This document shows, one piece after another, positions 60,171 through 64,000 of a DNA stretch of 64,000 nucleotides. The stretch lies in NCBI GenBank assembly GCA_031285625.1, contig JAITVV010000056.1:96001-160000 (forward strand), given 5' to 3'. The notes under the pieces were generated by a model that worked only from the letters and a program-made list of their open reading frames with translations, did not search any database and was not told the DNA's origin. Within the stretch, counting starts at the first letter, position 1. Each line of letters begins with the position of its first letter. Origin of the DNA: Prevotella sp. Its GTDB lineage: Bacteria > Bacteroidota > Bacteroidia > Bacteroidales > Dysgonomonadaceae. The translations under genes were made by a program, and so were the position numbers.

Positions 60171-60183
60171 ATAAACAACAATC

Positions 60184-61641
60184 ATGCAAGAAACTCAAGA
60201 TAAAATTTTAGAAGATGTTACCTCCAGCGATTATAAGTATGGTTTTGTAACAGACATTGAGACAGAAGTCATTCCCACAGGTCTGAATGAAGATGTTGTC
60301 CGACTGATTTCGGCAAAGAAGAATGAGCCTGAGTGGATGCTCGAATTTCGCCTGAAGGCATACCACCACTGGCTGACGATGGAGGCTCCACAATGGGCGC
60401 ATCTGGAAATACCTGAAATAGATTACCAGAGCATCAGCTACTACGCTGCCCCTAAAAAGAAAGACGGGCCTAAGAGCCTGGATGAAGTAGACCCTGAGTT
60501 ATTGAAGACTTTCGATAAGCTGGGTGTTCCGCTTCACGAACGCGAACTACTGGCAGGAGTACAAAATATGGCTGTAGATGCTGTAGTAGACAGCGTTTCG
60601 GTAAAAACAACATTCAAGGAAGTACTGGCCGAAAAGGGTATTATATTCTGCTCGTTCAGCGAGGCAGTACAGGAATATCCCGAACTGGTAAAGAAATACC
60701 TAGGCTCGGTAGTTCCGTACAGGGATAATTTCTTTGGTGCGCTAAATTCCGCAGTGTTTAGTGACGGTTCATTCGTATATATCCCCAAGGATGTACGCTG
60801 CCCGATGGAGTTGTCTACTTATTTCCGTATCAATGCGGCTAATACAGGACAGTTTGAGCGCACATTGATTGTTGCCGACGATAATGCTTATGTAAGTTAT
60901 CTCGAAGGCTGTACAGCGCCTATGCGTGACGAGAACCAATTGCATGCTGCCATAGTGGAGATCATAGCACTCGACCATGCGGAAGTGAAATATTCAACCG
61001 TACAGAACTGGTATCCGGGCGATAAGGAAGGTAAGGGAGGGATTTACAACTTCGTTACCAAGCGCGGATTATGCAAGGGAAAAGGCTCGAAAATATCGTG
61101 GACTCAAGTAGAGACAGGTTCTGCCATTACATGGAAATATCCGTCTTGCATCCTGGCAGGAGACGATTCGATAGGCGAATTCTATTCTGTGGCTGTAACC
61201 AACAATTACCAGCAGGCTGATACAGGTACCAAAATGGTGCATGTAGGAAAGAATACAAAAAGCCGCATCGTATCGAAGGGTATTTCGGCAGGATTCAGCC
61301 AGAACTCATACAGAGGGCTTGTAAAAGTCTCTCCAAAGGCCGAAGGAGCACGTAACCACTCACAGTGCGACAGTTTGTTGCTGGGCGACAAGTGCGGTGC
61401 GCATACATTCCCTTATTCGGATATTGCCAATCCGAGTGCTATTATCGAGCATGAGGCTACCACCTCAAAAATCAGTGAAGACCAGATACTGTACTGTAAC
61501 CAGCGTGGCATAGGTACGGAAGAGGCTGTAGGACTGATTGTAAACGGTTATGCCAAAGAGGTGATGCAAAACCTGCCAATGGAGTTTGCTGTAGAAGCTC
61601 AGAAGCTATTGCAGATAAGCCTGGAGGGTAGTGTAGGATAA
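60184..61641 (+). CDS. sufB: Fe-S cluster assembly protein SufB
   Basis: [40 protein letters not shown]. Confidence 0.98.
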   Translation: MQETQDKILEDVTSSDYKYGFVTDIETEVIPTGLNEDVVRLISAKKNEPEWMLEFRLKAYHHWLTMEAPQWAHLEIPEIDYQSISYYAAPKKKDGPKSLDEVDPELLKTFDKLGVPLHERELLAGVQNMAVDAVVDSVSVKTTFKEVLAEKGIIFCSFSEAVQEYPELVKKYLGSVVPYRDNFFGALNSAVFSDGSFVYIPKDVRCPMELSTYFRINAANTGQFERTLIVADDNAYVSYLEGCTAPMRDENQLHAAIVEIIALDHAEVKYSTVQNWYPGDKEGKGGIYNFVTKRGLCKGKGSKISWTQVETGSAITWKYPSCILAGDDSIGEFYSVAVTNNYQQADTGTKMVHVGKNTKSRIVSKGISAGFSQNSYRGLVKVSPKAEGARNHSQCDSLLLGDKCGAHTFPYSDIANPSAIIEHEATTSKISEDQILYCNQRGIGTEEAVGLIVNGYAKEVMQNLPMEFAVEAQKLLQISLEGSVG

Positions 61642-61662
61642 AAGAAATAGTATAAGAATAAG

Positions 61663-61695
61663 AAAAGACGGTTTTCTCACCGTCTTTTTGTTTTT
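61663..61695. terminator. Bidirectional terminator after sufB
   Basis: AAAAGACGGT...ACCGTCTTTT. Confidence 0.85.
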
Positions 61696-62119
61696 AATAT
61701 AATTTCCAGGTTTTTCCATCATCCAGACTGACAATCTCCTTGTCGTCCTTTATCAAAAAAGAAATGACAGGTGGTGTTTCAATTGGCATTTCCACTTCGA
61801 TGGTTATTGTATCGCCTTTGATATTGTACGTTGCAGGCAACATAATATCAGTCATCATATAAGCAACAGTACCGTCTTTATACAAAGTAATTGTTTGAGA
61901 GCAATTTGCATAAAACTGTTTTTGGAATTCTTCACACTCCTCTACTGTTTTAAAGAAATCATACTTGTATCTCCTGTCCTCAGCGAAGTAATTGCCTTTG
62001 TCTTTATTTTCTTCCTCATCAATAATTTCTGTATCATCTTCGTTATCCTTATCATTACTGCATGCCGGAAGATAAGAAAGAGCAAATAGCATAAACAGCA
62101 TATAAAAAGTTTGTTTCAT
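61694..62119 (-). CDS. Lipoprotein of unknown function
   Basis: Lipobox LPAC followed by acidic SNDKDNEDD (surface-export-signal-like). Confidence 0.75.
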   Translation of the reverse strand: MKQTFYMLFMLFALSYLPACSNDKDNEDDTEIIDEEENKDKGNYFAEDRRYKYDFFKTVEECEEFQKQFYANCSQTITLYKDGTVAYMMTDIMLPATYNIKGDTITIEVEMPIETPPVISFLIKDDKEIVSLDDGKTWKLY

Positions 62120-62281
62120 AATATTATTGCATTAAAGTTTATGTGAATATAAAGCCGAAGATAAAAAAAAGTTTCATTCAAACTCTTTTTTATATATATA
62201 ATTTTATACGATGTAAAAATCAGATATACAATTATTTCTGTAGTCTATGTCAATCCCTTCCTCATGAGATGTGATTAATGG

Positions 62282-62860
62282 TCAGAACTTCTTCAACTCC
62301 CTGTACAATCGCTGTATAGGCAGCCCCATAATATTGAAGTAAGAACCGGATATATATTCTACAGCGATATAACCTATCCACTCCTGTACACCGTATGCCC
62401 CCGCTTTATCCAGTGGTTTATATTTGGTTACATAGTAGTCAATCTCGTCGCTATCCAGTGTAGCGAAACGAACTTCAGATGATACGGCGAATGCTTTTTG
62501 CTTTTGCTTGGTAGTGATACACACCCCTGTTATTACCTGATGTATTTTTCCGGACAGGTCATGGAGCATTTGTTTTGCATGCGCTTCATCTACAGGCTTG
62601 CCGTATACTTTACCTTCCAGCAATACGATTGTATCGGCTGTGATAAGCAGTGTATCATCAGCCAGCTTGTCAAGATAAGCATTTGCTTTTTCCTTTGCTA
62701 TGTAGGTAGCAATGTCTTCACCTTGTAGTTCAATGGGATAAGATTCGTCTATATCCGGCAGGGTCTTTATCTGGTAAGGTATATCCAGCCCTGTAAGCAG
62801 TTCTTTTCTGCGGGGCGAGTTGGATGCAAGTATAATTTTGTATTGCGATAGGTCCAGCAT
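62282..62860 (-). CDS. maf: Maf nucleotide pyrophosphatase
   Basis: ILASNSPRRKELL, ADTIV, DKAGAYG.Q, MGLP. Confidence 0.95.
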   Translation of the reverse strand: MLDLSQYKIILASNSPRRKELLTGLDIPYQIKTLPDIDESYPIELQGEDIATYIAKEKANAYLDKLADDTLLITADTIVLLEGKVYGKPVDEAHAKQMLHDLSGKIHQVITGVCITTKQKQKAFAVSSEVRFATLDSDEIDYYVTKYKPLDKAGAYGVQEWIGYIAVEYISGSYFNIMGLPIQRLYRELKKF

Positions 62861-63319
62861 TTACATGAAGTTATGGTAATTCTCAAGTTCGAGTAGCAGG
62901 AGTTTAATATCCGTTCCGTATGCATATCCACCCAGTTTTCCACCTTCATTTACTACACGGTGACATGGCACAATTATTGCAATATTATTCTTACCATTGG
63001 CAGCACCTACTGCACGGCAGCCTTTAGGCGAACCTATTGCAATGGCCTCATCTTTATAAGAAACTGTTTTTCCATAGGGGATCGTACTTAAATAATCCCA
63101 AACTTTTTGCTGAAAAGGTGTTCCTGATTGTTTTAGAGGTAAGTCGAAGTCTTTTCTTTTCCCATCAAAGTATTCTTCGAGCTGCTCGACAGCTTTGGCT
63201 AGTATTTTGTTTGTACTACTTTCTCCTATCTCTTGTGCAACGACTCTAACAGAAGAAATATAGCCATCAGTCTCTTCTATTTCGAGTACTCCGACGGGAG
63301 ATTGTAAAAAAGCCTTCAT
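62861..63319 (-). CDS. ogt: Methylated-DNA-protein-cysteine methyltransferase
   Basis: GTPFQ..VW, IPYG, RAVG, PCHRV; likely start MKAFLQSPVG. Confidence 0.95.
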   Translation of the reverse strand: MKAFLQSPVGVLEIEETDGYISSVRVVAQEIGESSTNKILAKAVEQLEEYFDGKRKDFDLPLKQSGTPFQQKVWDYLSTIPYGKTVSYKDEAIAIGSPKGCRAVGAANGKNNIAIIVPCHRVVNEGGKLGGYAYGTDIKLLLLELENYHNFM

Positions 63320-63998
63320 TTTTTTTCTTTGATTTGGGTTTATTTTCATATTTAGACCAACTCCAGTTTATCATCTGTCGAAGTCTTTTGAGAAATCGTT
63401 TAGAAGGTTTATCCCTGAGATAAGATTCGATATGCCTTTTTTTCTTCTCCTCCAATATTTCATCCACATTGATAAGAATTCCTGTCTCTTCCACATTACC
63501 GAATGTATCATTTATTGCGGTTCCAAATACTTTCATTTGTGGAGACAAACTCATATATGCATTTACCAGAGGGGGAATATTTAAATCTAATTTACGGACA
63601 GAAGTATTTAATATCTTGTAGTCTGCTTTAAAAGTTTCTCCATCAAAAAGCTTTTTTAGTTTTTTTCTGTCCGTTTCGATATTCAGAGCCTGCTTTGGCC
63701 AGATCAATGTATCCGGATCAGGAAAATACTTATTTAGAAAAAACAGTATCATATCCCTGGCTTTGGTATTGTAGGTATCATACATAGTAACCTTACCAAA
63801 AAAATATTTCATAGACGGATCTGCAACTGACAATGCTCCTAATCCATCCCAAAGATTATCTAAGGCAAAGATACCTTTAGATCCTGCCAGCGTAGACTGA
63901 TATTCGAGAGTAACGAATGAGCGTCCTAATTCAAATGTATATGGAAGGTATTCCTTAATAAATTTTTTAGAAAAGTGGAAAAGATGGGACGTTGCCAA
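63267..63998 (-). CDS. GNAT-family acyltransferase (OlsB/'hemolysin'-like), 5' partial
   Basis: ELGRSFV..EYQ, LDNLWDGLG, FGKVTMY, IPPLVNAYM.LSP, FG.VEETG. Confidence 0.8.
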   Translation of the reverse strand: MATSHLFHFSKKFIKEYLPYTFELGRSFVTLEYQSTLAGSKGIFALDNLWDGLGALSVADPSMKYFFGKVTMYDTYNTKARDMILFFLNKYFPDPDTLIWPKQALNIETDRKKLKKLFDGETFKADYKILNTSVRKLDLNIPPLVNAYMSLSPQMKVFGTAINDTFGNVEETGILINVDEILEEKKKRHIESYLRDKPSKRFLKRLRQMINWSWSKYENKPKSKKKNEGFFTISRRSTRNRRD

Positions 63999-64000
63999 AA

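Overview
Core-chromosome window from a low-GC Bacteroidales genome. The order assignment rests on SusC/SusD genes, TAnnTTTG -7 promoter boxes and A-rich starts without Shine-Dalgarno (SD) sequences; a Dysgonomonas-like origin is a guess. The left ~44 kb holds a partial thioester alpha-2-macroglobulin, metal transport and storage genes (zupT, mntH, a Cys-rich protein plus TonB receptor, ferritin), aguA/aguB split by SMI1/KNR4 immunity-type genes, nfnAB, a carboxyltransferase, a VIT/DUF2135 protein, pdxB and a SusCD pair. The right ~20 kb holds the rpsU-xerC-hpf-tRNA-tuf-secE-nusG-rplKAJL-rpoBC cluster, sufB, maf and ogt. I saw no CRISPR array, IS transposase or prophage. Best candidates for new biology: (1) a structured rpsU leader whose 5' end carries an 11-nt extended SD in front of a 3-codon uORF overlapping a terminator-like stem, plus a canonical SD on hpf in the same gene run, suggesting a sensor for bS21-deficient ribosomes; (2) a Bacteroidales-1/6S-like RNA overlapping the pdxB 3' end in antisense; (3) orphan immunity genes and several small repeat families.
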